Source: an uncultured Bacilli bacterium (lineage in GTDB: Bacteria; Bacillota_I; Bacilli_A; RF39; UBA660). From it: a stretch of 64,000 nt of DNA. Position 1 is the first letter of the stretch; each line of letters begins with the position of its first letter. The DNA lies in contig CAKPCB010000002.1 of assembly GCA_934141245.1 (NCBI GenBank), positions 43,076-107,075 of the forward strand. Reading direction: 5' to 3'. Shown in pieces: positions 40,666 to 52,061 of the stretch. The notes under the pieces are model-generated. The model made no database searches, was not told where the DNA came from, and saw nothing but the letters and a program-made list of their open reading frames with translations. The translations under genes and the position numbers were made by a program.

Positions 40666-42136
40666 TCTTATTAGAAATGAGTTTATAAAACTATTTAAGA
40701 AAAAAAGTATATATATACTTCTTGTGGTAATGTTTGGTTTTATTGTTTTAAATAATTTTTTAACAAAAGAATTTAGTACAGCAATAATTGATGGTTCACT
40801 AGAAGAAGCCAACATTTCATATCTTAAAGAAGAAATGAAAACACTTGATAAAAGTAATCCAGATGAAAAAGCACAATACTATACAGACCTATCCGAAATA
40901 GAAACATATGAATTAACAAAGAAATACAAAGAAGAATGGAAAGTATCTCTTATAAATTTAAAACTAAGAGACATAATATATAATATGAATTTTGCTAAAT
41001 ATATAAATAATGATAAAGAAACATATAATAAAGCAAAAAAAGAATATGATGAATTTTTAAGTGATATAGAAAAAAATGATTGGAAGTTTTTTGCTAACAA
41101 TGATAAAAAGCAACTAGAAAATGAAATAAAAAATTTGAATGCTTACAAAAAAGAAGCTGATAAAGAAGAACAAAAGTCTATAGATGAACAAATTAAGGAA
41201 AATAAGGAAGAAATTCAAAAGATAGAACTAAGACTTGAAAAAAATATTCCTTATTCAGAATCTTATTTAGAGGAAGCTTTAACTAACTACAAAAAAGAGT
41301 TTCCATCATATGAAGAGTATAAAAAATCATTAATAAAAGAAGAAAAAAAAGAAATATCTAAAAAGGATGAGTATAAAACTAAAAACAAATATATTGAGGA
41401 AGCTACTACAAATGCTAAATCAAAATACATGCTTGATAATAAAATTAATTTAGATGATGCTAAAACACTAAGGAATACGTTAATAAACACAATAAATGAT
41501 AATTTTATATTTATAATTATAATTATTGCATCCGTTGCTGGTGTCATTGTTTCTTCAGAATTTGACAAAGGAACAATTAAACTATTACTAGTTAGACCTT
41601 ATAGTAGAAAAAAGATACTTTTATCAAAATACATTGTATCATTATTAACAATCTTAATTGCTATTGTATCTGCTATAATAATGCAATTAATAGTTGGTGG
41701 AATATTCTTTGGATTTGAAAGTTTATCAGTTCCTGTTATTGTATATAATTTCACTCAAAATAAAATAATGAATATTAATGTATTTAAATATATTTTAGAT
41801 AACATTATTGCAATACTACCACAATTTATATTACTTGCAACGCTTGGATTTACTATATCTGTTATAACAAATGTTTCTACTCTTGGAGTTGCTATACCAA
41901 TAGTAGGATGTGGTGCAGCTGATATAATTAATTCAATAGCTATTTTAAAGAATGTTGAGCCACTTAAATACTTTGTTACATTAAACTGGAATTTTAGTAA
42001 TTATTTATATGGTGGAGTTAAATCATTCAGAGGGTTATCTCTACCCTTCTCATTATTAATTTGCATTATATATTTATTAATAATGTTAATTGTATCATTC
42101 GTTGTATTTAAAAAAAGAAATATTAAAAACATATAA
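40658..42136 (+). CDS. ABC-2 family transporter permease with a long charged coiled-coil domain after TM1
   Basis: 492 aa; TM1, ~230-aa Lys/Glu-rich helical domain, then 5 TM helices; translationally coupled to the upstream ATPase. Confidence 0.55.
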   Translation: MINLIRNEFIKLFKKKSIYILLVVMFGFIVLNNFLTKEFSTAIIDGSLEEANISYLKEEMKTLDKSNPDEKAQYYTDLSEIETYELTKKYKEEWKVSLINLKLRDIIYNMNFAKYINNDKETYNKAKKEYDEFLSDIEKNDWKFFANNDKKQLENEIKNLNAYKKEADKEEQKSIDEQIKENKEEIQKIELRLEKNIPYSESYLEEALTNYKKEFPSYEEYKKSLIKEEKKEISKKDEYKTKNKYIEEATTNAKSKYMLDNKINLDDAKTLRNTLINTINDNFIFIIIIIASVAGVIVSSEFDKGTIKLLLVRPYSRKKILLSKYIVSLLTILIAIVSAIIMQLIVGGIFFGFESLSVPVIVYNFTQNKIMNINVFKYILDNIIAILPQFILLATLGFTISVITNVSTLGVAIPIVGCGAADIINSIAILKNVEPLKYFVTLNWNFSNYLYGGVKSFRGLSLPFSLLICIIYLLIMLIVSFVVFKKRNIKNI

Positions 42137-42159
42137 AAAGTTGCATTTTGCAACTTTTT

Positions 42160-43164
42160 TTAATTATCTTTTTTTAATGTAACAAAATTATATGAATCTC
42201 TACACATATCTTCAATATTTTTTGTAGCCTTCCATCCAAGTTCGTTTAATGCCTTTGAAGTATCAGCATAGCATGCATCAATATCACCGGCTCTTCTACC
42301 AACAATTTTATAATTAACTGAGACATCATTAACTCTACTAAAAGTTTCTACTAATTCTAGAACACTATATCCTTGACCGGTACCAAGATTATATGTAAAT
42401 ATTCCTGTATCTTTATTAAGCTTTTCAATAGCACAAATATGACCTAATGCCAAATCAACAACATGGATATAGTCTCTAACACCTGTTCCATCCTTGGTAT
42501 TATAATCATCTCCAAATACACTTAAACATTCTAGTTTGCCTGTTGCAACCTTGACAATGTATGGCATCAAATTATTTGGAATACCATTTGGATCTTCTCC
42601 TAATAACCCTGAGGAATGTGCACCAATTGGATTAAAATATCTAAGTATTGCAATATGCCAAGTATTATCTGATACATATAAGTCTCTTAGTATATTTTCT
42701 ATCATCAATTTAGTACTTCCATAAGGATTAGTAGTAGATAATGGGAAATCCTCCTTTATTGGTAATTTTTTAGGTAATCCATATACTGTAGCAGATGATG
42801 AAAATACCAACTTTTTACAGTTAAATTCATTCATTACCTCGCATAGAGATAGAGTTGAATCTATATTATTCCTGTAATATTTTAATGGGTATTTAACACT
42901 TTCACCTACCGCTTTGTAACCAGCAAAGTGTATAACTGAATTTATTTCATTTTCTGTAAATATTTTTCGTAACAATTCCTTGTTTGCAACATCGCCTTCA
43001 TAAAATACAACTTCTTTTTTGGTAATACTTTCAATATGATTAATAACTTCTTTTTTTGAATTAGATAAATTATCAATTATTATAACTTTATATCCTTTAT
43101 TTAGTAGCTCACAGCACGTATGACTTCCTATATATCCACAACCACCAGTAACTAATATATTCAT
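42160..43164 (-). CDS. galE: UDP-glucose 4-epimerase
   Basis: 334 aa; TGGCGYIGSH Rossmann motif, YxxxK, SSSATVYG. Confidence 0.9.
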   Translation of the reverse strand: MNILVTGGCGYIGSHTCCELLNKGYKVIIIDNLSNSKKEVINHIESITKKEVVFYEGDVANKELLRKIFTENEINSVIHFAGYKAVGESVKYPLKYYRNNIDSTLSLCEVMNEFNCKKLVFSSSATVYGLPKKLPIKEDFPLSTTNPYGSTKLMIENILRDLYVSDNTWHIAILRYFNPIGAHSSGLLGEDPNGIPNNLMPYIVKVATGKLECLSVFGDDYNTKDGTGVRDYIHVVDLALGHICAIEKLNKDTGIFTYNLGTGQGYSVLELVETFSRVNDVSVNYKIVGRRAGDIDACYADTSKALNELGWKATKNIEDMCRDSYNFVTLKKDN

Positions 43165-43215
43165 AAAACTCCTCCTATATTAAGTATATATCAAAACCAA
43201 AAGAAAAGAAAGATA

Positions 43216-43518
43216 TTATCTTTCTTCTTTTATATCACCAAGAGATTTTAATACTTTGTTTTCTAAAAGTTTATATATAAAGTCTGCTCCTAAAAAGCTT
43301 ATTAAACTACTCCATAATGAACTTATAAAATTTAAATTCGAAAAGCATAGAGAAAACATTGTACCAATAACTATAGATGTTATGAGTGAAATAAATATAC
43401 AAACATTACTACATTTAATTGAGAATGCTTCCTTTATTTTCTGAACTAAGCTAGTAATTATTAAACTATTTATAACTGCCATAGTTAAAACCTCTTTAAT
43501 TAAGACATAATTAATCAA
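43216..43518 (-). CDS. Small two/three-TM membrane protein (holin-like, tentative)
   Basis: 100 aa; hydrophobic helices then charged C-terminus (KSLGDIKEER). Confidence 0.25.
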   Translation of the reverse strand: MINYVLIKEVLTMAVINSLIITSLVQKIKEAFSIKCSNVCIFISLITSIVIGTMFSLCFSNLNFISSLWSSLISFLGADFIYKLLENKVLKSLGDIKEER

Positions 43519-43589
43519 AATATATCACCTCATGATAATATATTTATGAGCAAAAAAAAGATATGTATTTTAAGACCATATCTTTTAAA

Positions 43590-46500
43590 TTATTCTACAC
43601 TTTTTAAAGATTCAATCATATCAACTTTCTTTAAAGCAAAATATGTTGTGATATTTACCAATAATGTAAATATAGTTGTGATAAGAAGTGAATATATATA
43701 ACTCTGAATTTTAATAGTTGTATTAAACATAATCAAATCCAATTCACATGTTTTTAATATAAATATTGTTAGAGCTTTTCCTATAAGTATTCCAAATATC
43801 ATACCAATTATAGTAAGTATAGTAGTTTCTCTACCAATATAACTATAAACTTCTCTATCATAGAATCCAAGTACTTTAATAGTAGCCAGTTCTCTTTTTC
43901 TCTCGCTAATATTGACATTAGCTAGGTTATACAATACAACAAAGGCAAGCATACCAGCAGAAACAATTAAGACAATTGCAACAAATCCAAAATTTTTCAT
44001 TGTTGAATCGAACATATTCCTAGTAGAAGATGTAAAACTTATATTAGCTACTGTATCATTTTGTTTAATTATATTTGATAAATCCTTTTCTTCTTGTTCT
44101 GTTAATTCATTAGTCTTTAAAAATAACGTATTGTAATATTCACTATTATATACTTTCTTATCCATATATATGTAGTGTAAAAAATAGTTTTCCGTTATAG
44201 CACCTATTTTTGCAGAATACTCTTTATCGGTTTTTAACTTAATAGTATCTCCTACTTTTAAATCAAGCAATTTAGATATTTTTTCAGAAACAATAACATT
44301 ATTGTTTAATTTATATTTATTGCCTTTTGTCCTGCTTTTAAGGCTTATAAAGCCATCAGGATCTGAAAAAGGTACAATTAATTGAATTGACTGATTTGTA
44401 TCCTTATTCTCTATTTCTACAGCCTCTTTATCAACAATTAATAAATCATTAACTTCATCTAATTTTTTGATTCTTTCAACTTCTGATTTTTTCTTATCTA
44501 AAGGAATATCTGACTTAAATGTAACCTCAACTTGATAATTAAAGACATCTCCATATTGACCTGGGACCATTCCAGTAATACAATCTCTAAGTCCAAATCC
44601 TGCAATTATAAGTCCAGTACAACCTGCAATACCTATAATAGTCATCAAGAATCTTTTTTTATATCTAAACACATTTCTAACTGTTACCTTTCTTGTGAAA
44701 GTTAATCTTTTCCATATAAATCCAATTCTCTCCAACAATACTCTTTTACCTGCTTTTGGTGATTTTGGTCTCATTAAAGTTGCTGGAGCTTCTTTTAATT
44801 CCCTATAACAAGCAAATAAAGTTGCAATTGCTGTACATAATATTGCAATTATTGTACCAGTCAAAGCATAAAACCAATTAAAATCAGTTGCTATTGAACC
44901 AACATTGTACATCATACGATACATATTAAATATTACTGATGGTAAAATTTTAAATCCTATGCAGACTCCAACTATTGAGCCAACAATAGTAGCTAAAAGC
45001 GCATAAATTATATATTTCGAAACAATTTGAATATTATTGTATCCCAATGCTTTTAATGTACCAATCTGATTTCTTTCTTCTTCAACCATACGAGTCATAG
45101 AGGTAAGGCATATTAGTATTGCAACTACAAAGAAAACTAATGGGAATAATTTACCAACATTTTTTATCCTTTGCGTATCCTGATCATATTGATAAAACCC
45201 TAAATTACTATTTCTATCTAATACATACCAAGTTGGTTGCTCAAGACCTTCTAATTCCTTTTTAGCATTCTTAATTTGAATTTCAGCATCTTCAAATTTA
45301 GCTTCTGCTTCTTTTTTCTTTTCTTTTAATAATTTCTCACTTGATATTATTTTATTATATCCTTCTCTTAATTTTTTGTATGATGTTTCTATACTGTTTA
45401 TTGTAGAAGCCTTAGTTTGCTTTAATTTAGCTTCATTTTTATTTAATTCTAATTCTTTTAGATTTATAGTTTGATAAGCCTTCAAAATAGTTTCATTAGT
45501 TGAATTAAGACTTGAAATTGCAGTATTAATTTGTACTAAATTTTTATCTAATAATTGTCTTTGAGTCTTTATAGAATTTATATTTTCATTAACTTGATTT
45601 AGAACTATTGTATTTTTTTCTACTTCTATGTTATTAGATATTAATTCTTCTAATGATGATTTGGTTTCATTCAATTCAAGTAATTTTTTATCTAAGGTAT
45701 CTATTGAATCAGTGATTTGTTTTTTACTTTTTAATAATTCATTTAACTTTTTATCCAATTCATTTTTTGAAGTATTTAATTTGTTTTTTTCTACTTCTAA
45801 TGTTTCTTTGGCATTAGATATTTCTTTTTCAGATTGTGCAAACGACTCATAAGCCGATTTTTTCTTATTATTCAGAAGTTTTACATTAGAATAATAGTCA
45901 TTTTTAGCCTTATTAATATTTCTTTCAGATGAAGCTATTTCACTATTATATTTTTCTTTTTCTGTTTTTAATTTGTTTTCACTATCTTTAATTTTATTAT
46001 TTGCTTTTAAAATTTCTTCATCATATCTCTTAGTAGATATATCTTTAGTTAGTTTTTCAAAGTAACTTGTTTTATCTTTAATTAAATCATTATAGCTATC
46101 TGAAAATGTATTTAGATTTGTATTTAATTTTACATAAGCGTTAGTGTAATAATCTATATTAAAATTATCAATTGGAACATACATATAAAAATTAATTTTA
46201 CCAGATAAAAGCTTTGTAGTTCCACGTTCTAAAGATGTATATATAGGGCTTTTAATTATTCCAACTATGGTAAGTGTTTTTTCTTTTAACTTATCATCTT
46301 CTACTATAATTTTATCTCCAATTTTATGAGACTTTGTATATTGATTTTGTTCTATAACACATTCATTATTATTGGTTGGTAATTTTCCCCTAAGTAAAAC
46401 AATATTGTTTATGTTGCTCTTTTTATCATATGACAATATTTTGATTACTTCCTCGGTTTCACCCTTAACGATTGCATCAAATTCATATCCGGCCTCAACG

Positions 46501-46748
46501 GTATAATCATCGCCATTTAACTTTTCAACATCTTGTTTTGTTATCCCCCATGTTGAAATTAATGTAAAATCCATAAAATTATTATCTTTATAATATTTAT
46601 CTATAGTATTCTTCATATCTGGACTAGTTGCTTTTATACCAGCGAAGAATCCAACACCTAATAGTACAATTAATATTATAGATAGAAATCTTTTGAAGTT
46701 TCTTTTTATTGATACAATACTTTCCTTAAATAATGACTTCATTACCAT
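43590..46748 (-). CDS. FtsX/MacB-type ABC transporter permease with duplicated FtsX 4-TM modules and a ~300-aa extracellular coiled-coil domain
   Basis: 1052 aa; TM1, large extracytoplasmic domain incl. coiled coil (aa ~230-500), TM cluster (~530-690), second extracytoplasmic domain, C-terminal TM cluster; downstream of its ATPase. Confidence 0.7.
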   Translation of the reverse strand: MVMKSLFKESIVSIKRNFKRFLSIILIVLLGVGFFAGIKATSPDMKNTIDKYYKDNNFMDFTLISTWGITKQDVEKLNGDDYTVEAGYEFDAIVKGETEEVIKILSYDKKSNINNIVLLRGKLPTNNNECVIEQNQYTKSHKIGDKIIVEDDKLKEKTLTIVGIIKSPIYTSLERGTTKLLSGKINFYMYVPIDNFNIDYYTNAYVKLNTNLNTFSDSYNDLIKDKTSYFEKLTKDISTKRYDEEILKANNKIKDSENKLKTEKEKYNSEIASSERNINKAKNDYYSNVKLLNNKKKSAYESFAQSEKEISNAKETLEVEKNKLNTSKNELDKKLNELLKSKKQITDSIDTLDKKLLELNETKSSLEELISNNIEVEKNTIVLNQVNENINSIKTQRQLLDKNLVQINTAISSLNSTNETILKAYQTINLKELELNKNEAKLKQTKASTINSIETSYKKLREGYNKIISSEKLLKEKKKEAEAKFEDAEIQIKNAKKELEGLEQPTWYVLDRNSNLGFYQYDQDTQRIKNVGKLFPLVFFVVAILICLTSMTRMVEEERNQIGTLKALGYNNIQIVSKYIIYALLATIVGSIVGVCIGFKILPSVIFNMYRMMYNVGSIATDFNWFYALTGTIIAILCTAIATLFACYRELKEAPATLMRPKSPKAGKRVLLERIGFIWKRLTFTRKVTVRNVFRYKKRFLMTIIGIAGCTGLIIAGFGLRDCITGMVPGQYGDVFNYQVEVTFKSDIPLDKKKSEVERIKKLDEVNDLLIVDKEAVEIENKDTNQSIQLIVPFSDPDGFISLKSRTKGNKYKLNNNVIVSEKISKLLDLKVGDTIKLKTDKEYSAKIGAITENYFLHYIYMDKKVYNSEYYNTLFLKTNELTEQEEKDLSNIIKQNDTVANISFTSSTRNMFDSTMKNFGFVAIVLIVSAGMLAFVVLYNLANVNISERKRELATIKVLGFYDREVYSYIGRETTILTIIGMIFGILIGKALTIFILKTCELDLIMFNTTIKIQSYIYSLLITTIFTLLVNITTYFALKKVDMIESLKSVE

Positions 46749-47455
46749 TCTATCCTTTCAATTGGAGTAGGATTTTTGTTTATTTCTATTCCTTCTACAG
46801 AACCATTTTTAAACTTTATTACTTTATCTGCCATAGGTGCTATTGCTGCATTATGAGTAATAATAATAACTGTCATTTTATCTTTATGAGCTGTATCTTG
46901 AAGTAATTTTAATATTTGTTTACCAGTATTATAGTCCAATGCACCAGTTGGCTCATCACATAAAAGTATTTTTGGATTTTTTGCTATAGCTCTAGCAATT
47001 GCAACACGTTGTTGTTCTCCTCCAGATAATTGAGAAGGAAAATTATTCATTCTATCTTTAAGTCCAACTTTTTCTAAAATTTCTATAGGAGGCAATGGCT
47101 TTTTACAAATTTCTGTTGCAAGCTCAACATTTTCTAGTGTTGTAAGATTTTGTATTAGGTTATAAAATTGAAAAACAAAGCCAATATCATTTCTTCTATA
47201 TTTTATTAATTGTTTTTTTGTATATTTTGTTATATCTTTATTAGCAACTATAACCCTACCACTAGTTGCACTATCCATTCCACCCAAAATATTTAATGCT
47301 GTTGTTTTTCCAGCACCACTAGGCCCAAGTATAGTTACTAATTCTCCTTTTTCTATTTCAAAGTTAGTATTATTAAGTGCTAGAACACTCACCTCACCAC
47401 TTTTATATTCTTTTTTTACATCTTTAAACTCAATATATGCCAATATAATCACCAT
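46742..47455 (-). CDS. ABC transporter ATP-binding protein (MacB/LolD-type)
   Basis: 237 aa; Walker [10 protein letters not shown], signature [14 protein letters not shown], Walker [12 protein letters not shown]. Confidence 0.9.
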   Translation of the reverse strand: MVIILAYIEFKDVKKEYKSGEVSVLALNNTNFEIEKGELVTILGPSGAGKTTALNILGGMDSATSGRVIVANKDITKYTKKQLIKYRRNDIGFVFQFYNLIQNLTTLENVELATEICKKPLPPIEILEKVGLKDRMNNFPSQLSGGEQQRVAIARAIAKNPKILLCDEPTGALDYNTGKQILKLLQDTAHKDKMTVIIITHNAAIAPMADKVIKFKNGSVEGIEINKNPTPIERIEW

Positions 47456-47556
47456 TTTCCTTTTTTAACAGTACAGTATTTTATCACTATTAATATCAAA
47501 AATCAACACCAACAAAAGCTAGTGTTGATTAACCATCAAAATAATTTAAAAACATT

Positions 47557-48168
47557 TTATTTTTTATTTAATACTTTATATTTTACATTTAACGAATTAT
47601 TAGAATAATAATTATCATGTATTTGCTTAATAAGTTCTGTAATTTCATCAGCAGTATAAAATGACTTAGGATAAAGCATTTCCTTTATATAATAAGTAAT
47701 ATTTTTATGATCTAAAACTCTATATCCATACTCATTATTTAATATACATTCACTAATATCTTCAATATACTGTTTTTCTTCTAATGATTCAGGATTCCTG
47801 TACCATTCTGGAAGAATAATAACTTCATCCACTAATAATTCACCATTTTCAACATTTAACATTTGAAAATGTATATTTTGTGATTTGTCTTTATATATAT
47901 TATTTCTTAATAACAATATCTCATTAGTACCTGATTTATCTATTAAGTATATATTTACATGTTGTAAATTAGAAATATCAACAACACTAGTTAAATGATA
48001 AGAACTTTCGCTTAAAGTATATGAAAACCCTAATACTTTTTTATCAATATTTTCATTATTACTACAACCTGAAAATAAAACTGTAGTAGCAATTGAAAGA
48101 GCTAATACACTCTTAAGAACCTTTAAGTTTATAGTTCCTTTATATTTATTCTCTCTATTTAATTTCAA
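47557..48168 (-). CDS. Putative lipoprotein (first gene of the lipoprotein-ABC-FtsX cluster)
   Basis: 203 aa; signal peptide with lipobox LFSGC. Confidence 0.45.
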   Translation of the reverse strand: MKLNRENKYKGTINLKVLKSVLALSIATTVLFSGCSNNENIDKKVLGFSYTLSESSYHLTSVVDISNLQHVNIYLIDKSGTNEILLLRNNIYKDKSQNIHFQMLNVENGELLVDEVIILPEWYRNPESLEEKQYIEDISECILNNEYGYRVLDHKNITYYIKEMLYPKSFYTADEITELIKQIHDNYYSNNSLNVKYKVLNKK

Positions 48169-48186
48169 TCAAATCCCCACCTACAT

Positions 48187-51135
48187 TTATTTATTTACGC
48201 TATCAAGCTTTACACTAACTAACTTACTTACACCAGATTCTTGCATTGTTATTCCATATAACATATCAGCATATTCCATAGTTTTTGTTTTATGTGTAAT
48301 AATTAAAAATTGCGTTTTATCTTTATAATTATTTAAATATTGTCCAAAATTATCAACATTTGCTTCATCTAATGCAGCTTCTACCTCATCAAATAAGCAA
48401 AAAGGAATAGTTTTTATATTTAATATTGCAAAAATCAAACATATCGCCGTAAGTGTTTTCTCACCCCCAGATAGCAAATTTATTGATGTTAATTTTTTAC
48501 CTGGTGGACTAGCAATAATATCAATCCCAGTCTCTAATAAATTTTTTGGATCAGTTAGTTTTAATTCTGCACTACCACCTTTGAAAAGTTGTTTAAATAC
48601 TTTGTTAAATTCTATTTTTATATTATTAAATGTATTTAAAAACTCTTCTTTCATAACGGAATCCATTTCTTCTATTATTTCTAATAACGTTTCTTTTGCA
48701 TTTAACAAATCATTTCTTTGAGAAGACAAAAATTCATATCTTTCTGAAACTTTTCTATAGTCTTCAATAGCTTGAATATTTACCATTCCAATTCTTTTTA
48801 ATGCATCTTTATATGAAATAACCATTTTTCTTGCATCATCTTTATTAATTTCAAGAACATAATTTGCCTTAGCTTTTTCATAAGTCATTTCATAATCAGT
48901 ACTTAGAATAGATAAATAATTGTCAAGTTTAATATTCATACGATTTTGTGAAATTTCATGTTCTTTTAGTTCTTTCTCAAATTGATATAACGAACTATTA
49001 TTAACTTTAATTTTTGCTTGCTCCTCATCCAATTTAGAATTTATATCATCCTTTTGTTTCGTTAATAATTTTAGTTGCCTTAACATATCTTCTTTTTTTC
49101 TATTTGTATCATAAAATAAATTTAATATTCTTTCTTCTTCTTTATCTAGGGATGAGTCAATAATATTTTCTAATGACTTTAATTCTGATATAACCGCATC
49201 ATATCTTTCATTTAAATCATTATTAATATTATTTTTAATATTTATTTTTTCCTGCAATTGAACTATTAATATTTCATCATTTTTTATAGCAGTATTATTA
49301 GTATTTATTTTATTATCAATTTCTTCTAAACTACTTGGATATGTAGCTAACAACTCGTTTAATTCTTGTTCTTCATTTTTTAATTTGACTAATTCTTGTT
49401 TTTCAGAAAATATACTCTTTGTAACATTAATACTACCACCACTCATTGTTCCACCAACATGAACAACATCACCATCTAATGTAACAATTTTATATCTTTG
49501 ACCAATTTTTTTACTGATTCTATTAGCTGTATCAATATTATCTACTAATATTACATTTCCAAGTTGATTAGACACTATATTATAATATTTTTTATCATAC
49601 TGAACTATATCTGACATAATTGATAAATATCCATTATCATCACTTAATACATCCATAGTATCAAGATCTATTCCTCTTGGTTTTATAACACTAATAGGGA
49701 AAAAAGTAGCCCTTCCAAGTCTATTCTCCTTTAGATAATTAATAGCATTTTTAGCTGATACTTCATCATCTACAACAATAAATTGTTTTACTGATGCAAG
49801 TGAAACATCTAAAGCCTTAATATACTTTTCATCAGTATCTATCAAACTACCTAATGTATTATGAATACCATTTAATCTGGGATTAGATAAAACAGCTTTA
49901 ATACTAGAACTATATGTACCTCCACTTTCTAAAAAATCATTAATCATATTAATTTTATGTTTTACTTCGTTAAGTGACATTTTTTTATTATTAAATTCTT
50001 GCTCTAATGATTTTCTTTTTAAATATATATTGTTTATTTCTAACTGTAATTTATTAATTTTAATATTTAAATCCTCAAACTCTTTAGTTAATTCTTGAAT
50101 ATCTTTTTCTGTTTTATATTTATCGTTGTCAAGTTTTAACTTTATCTCTTTAAGGTTAATAATATTGTTATGAACTTTATCATCTGTTGCACTATATTTT
50201 TTTCTTTCATTAAATATTTTCTTTTCACCATTTAATCTTTCCTCTTCTTTTGTAAGAATTAAAAGATTATTGTTTGCATCTTTTATATCTGTTTCTAATT
50301 TCAACAGTTTAGATTTAAGTTCAATTATATTAGTGTCAAAATTAGTACCTTTCAAATTTAAATTCATTAGGGAATTATTTAACTCTTCAATTTTCTTTTG
50401 ATGTTTTTTTATGTCCTCATTTAATACTGTAATTTCATCTGCAAGCAATGAAACCTCAACATTTTTTAATTTTTCTTTTATATCCAAATATTCAGTTGCT
50501 TTTTCAGATTGCTCTTTTAATGGTTCAACTTGTATTTGTAGCTCACCAACAATGTCATCAACTCTCTCTAAGTTATTGTTAGTTTTGTCAAGTTTTTTTA
50601 AGGCTTCTTCTTTCCTCTTTTTATATTTTAATACGCCAGCTGCACTTTCAAAAATAAACCTTCTATCATATTCTGAATTTGATAATATTTTTTGTACTTC
50701 ACCTTGTGAAATTATATTAAATGAATTCTTACCAATTCCACTGTCTAAAAACATGTCTGTAATATCTTTTAATCTGCATTTTTCATTGTTTATGAAATAT
50801 TCATTTTCACCGCTTCTATACACTCTTCTTTTAACGGTTACTTCATTATAAGGTAAATTTATATAATTATCACTATTATCAAAAGTAAGTGAAACAGTTG
50901 CAACATTAAGTGGTTTTCTGCTTTTTGAACCAGAAAAAATAACATCACTCATATTAGTATCACCACGTAGTGATTTAACAGATTGCTCACCTAAAACCCA
51001 TCTTACTGCATCTACAATGTTACTTTTTCCACTTCCATTTGGTCCAACTATACATGTTGTTTTGCCGTTTAATTCAATTGTTAATTTATCAGCAAAAGAC
51101 TTAAAACCAGTTGCACTTATTTCTTTTAAATACAT
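48187..51135 (-). CDS. smc: Chromosome segregation protein SMC (short, 982 aa)
   Basis: N-terminal Walker A GPNGSGKSNI, hinge region, C-terminal LSGGEKTLTAI...LFDEVEAALD. Confidence 0.9.
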   Translation of the reverse strand: MYLKEISATGFKSFADKLTIELNGKTTCIVGPNGSGKSNIVDAVRWVLGEQSVKSLRGDTNMSDVIFSGSKSRKPLNVATVSLTFDNSDNYINLPYNEVTVKRRVYRSGENEYFINNEKCRLKDITDMFLDSGIGKNSFNIISQGEVQKILSNSEYDRRFIFESAAGVLKYKKRKEEALKKLDKTNNNLERVDDIVGELQIQVEPLKEQSEKATEYLDIKEKLKNVEVSLLADEITVLNEDIKKHQKKIEELNNSLMNLNLKGTNFDTNIIELKSKLLKLETDIKDANNNLLILTKEEERLNGEKKIFNERKKYSATDDKVHNNIINLKEIKLKLDNDKYKTEKDIQELTKEFEDLNIKINKLQLEINNIYLKRKSLEQEFNNKKMSLNEVKHKINMINDFLESGGTYSSSIKAVLSNPRLNGIHNTLGSLIDTDEKYIKALDVSLASVKQFIVVDDEVSAKNAINYLKENRLGRATFFPISVIKPRGIDLDTMDVLSDDNGYLSIMSDIVQYDKKYYNIVSNQLGNVILVDNIDTANRISKKIGQRYKIVTLDGDVVHVGGTMSGGSINVTKSIFSEKQELVKLKNEEQELNELLATYPSSLEEIDNKINTNNTAIKNDEILIVQLQEKINIKNNINNDLNERYDAVISELKSLENIIDSSLDKEEERILNLFYDTNRKKEDMLRQLKLLTKQKDDINSKLDEEQAKIKVNNSSLYQFEKELKEHEISQNRMNIKLDNYLSILSTDYEMTYEKAKANYVLEINKDDARKMVISYKDALKRIGMVNIQAIEDYRKVSERYEFLSSQRNDLLNAKETLLEIIEEMDSVMKEEFLNTFNNIKIEFNKVFKQLFKGGSAELKLTDPKNLLETGIDIIASPPGKKLTSINLLSGGEKTLTAICLIFAILNIKTIPFCLFDEVEAALDEANVDNFGQYLNNYKDKTQFLIITHKTKTMEYADMLYGITMQESGVSKLVSVKLDSVNK

Positions 51136-51218
51136 TTAAATCACCCTATCTACATAAATAAGATTATACTATATAACAAAAAAAATCACAATAAAAAAGG
51201 ACTTATAAGTCCAATAAT

Positions 51219-52061
51219 TTAAAATTTTAATTGCTCACCACTGTATTGATTAAATTCAATTTTTTTAACTTTTTTTACTTCCTGATGTTCAACTTCTTTT
51301 GGGTTAGAAGATTGAGGCATATTTTTATAATCCTGATATGTTAGAAATAGTCCTCTATATAAATGATATTTATTAAATTCATCTAATAAATAATCTTTAT
51401 TATGCTCTAATATGCATGTAGCCTCACTATCTAAGCCAGTTGACTTATATATCTTATTTATATTAATCATTTCTCTTACACTATTTATAATAGATTTTGT
51501 TTTGAAATGAGAAGAATTTAAATAAAATGATGAGAATGATGTATCAAATGTAGATAGTTTTTGTACCAACATATCTTTTTGCCTCAAGATCTTATAATCT
51601 TTTAATTTATCATTTTCAATATACTGCAATAATTCAATTAATTCATAATTATTATAAACTAGCTCAATAAATCTATTTGATCCATTAGTAGAATAAGTAG
51701 CAGACAAATCATATACGTCCTTAATTATTGATAATCTTTTTAACAAATCCTCTTCACTAGAAAATTGTGAAGTAAACCTATCTATTTCACTTAATTGATG
51801 TTTTACAGACTTATTAACTTTAGACATAGAAATATTTCTATCTATATTTATCATTCTATATAAGTATTTATTTTCTTTTGACAATTTAAAGTCAATTACT
51901 TGATCACTAGCTGCATATTTTATTCTACATAATATAACAAACCTGTTAATAGCTTTATTTTTCATATAATCCCCCGCTGTTGAGGAGATTATATCATATT
52001 TTAAGTAATAAGTCAAAAAAAAAGAATGCTTTTTGCATTCTACCTGTTTACTAATAAGCAA
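51219..52061 (-). CDS. Hypothetical protein (start possibly at the internal Met MKNKAINRF...)
   Basis: 280 aa, no recognisable motif. Confidence 0.3.
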   Translation of the reverse strand: MLISKQVECKKHSFFLTYYLKYDIISSTAGDYMKNKAINRFVILCRIKYAASDQVIDFKLSKENKYLYRMINIDRNISMSKVNKSVKHQLSEIDRFTSQFSSEEDLLKRLSIIKDVYDLSATYSTNGSNRFIELVYNNYELIELLQYIENDKLKDYKILRQKDMLVQKLSTFDTSFSSFYLNSSHFKTKSIINSVREMININKIYKSTGLDSEATCILEHNKDYLLDEFNKYHLYRGLFLTYQDYKNMPQSSNPKEVEHQEVKKVKKIEFNQYSGEQLKF

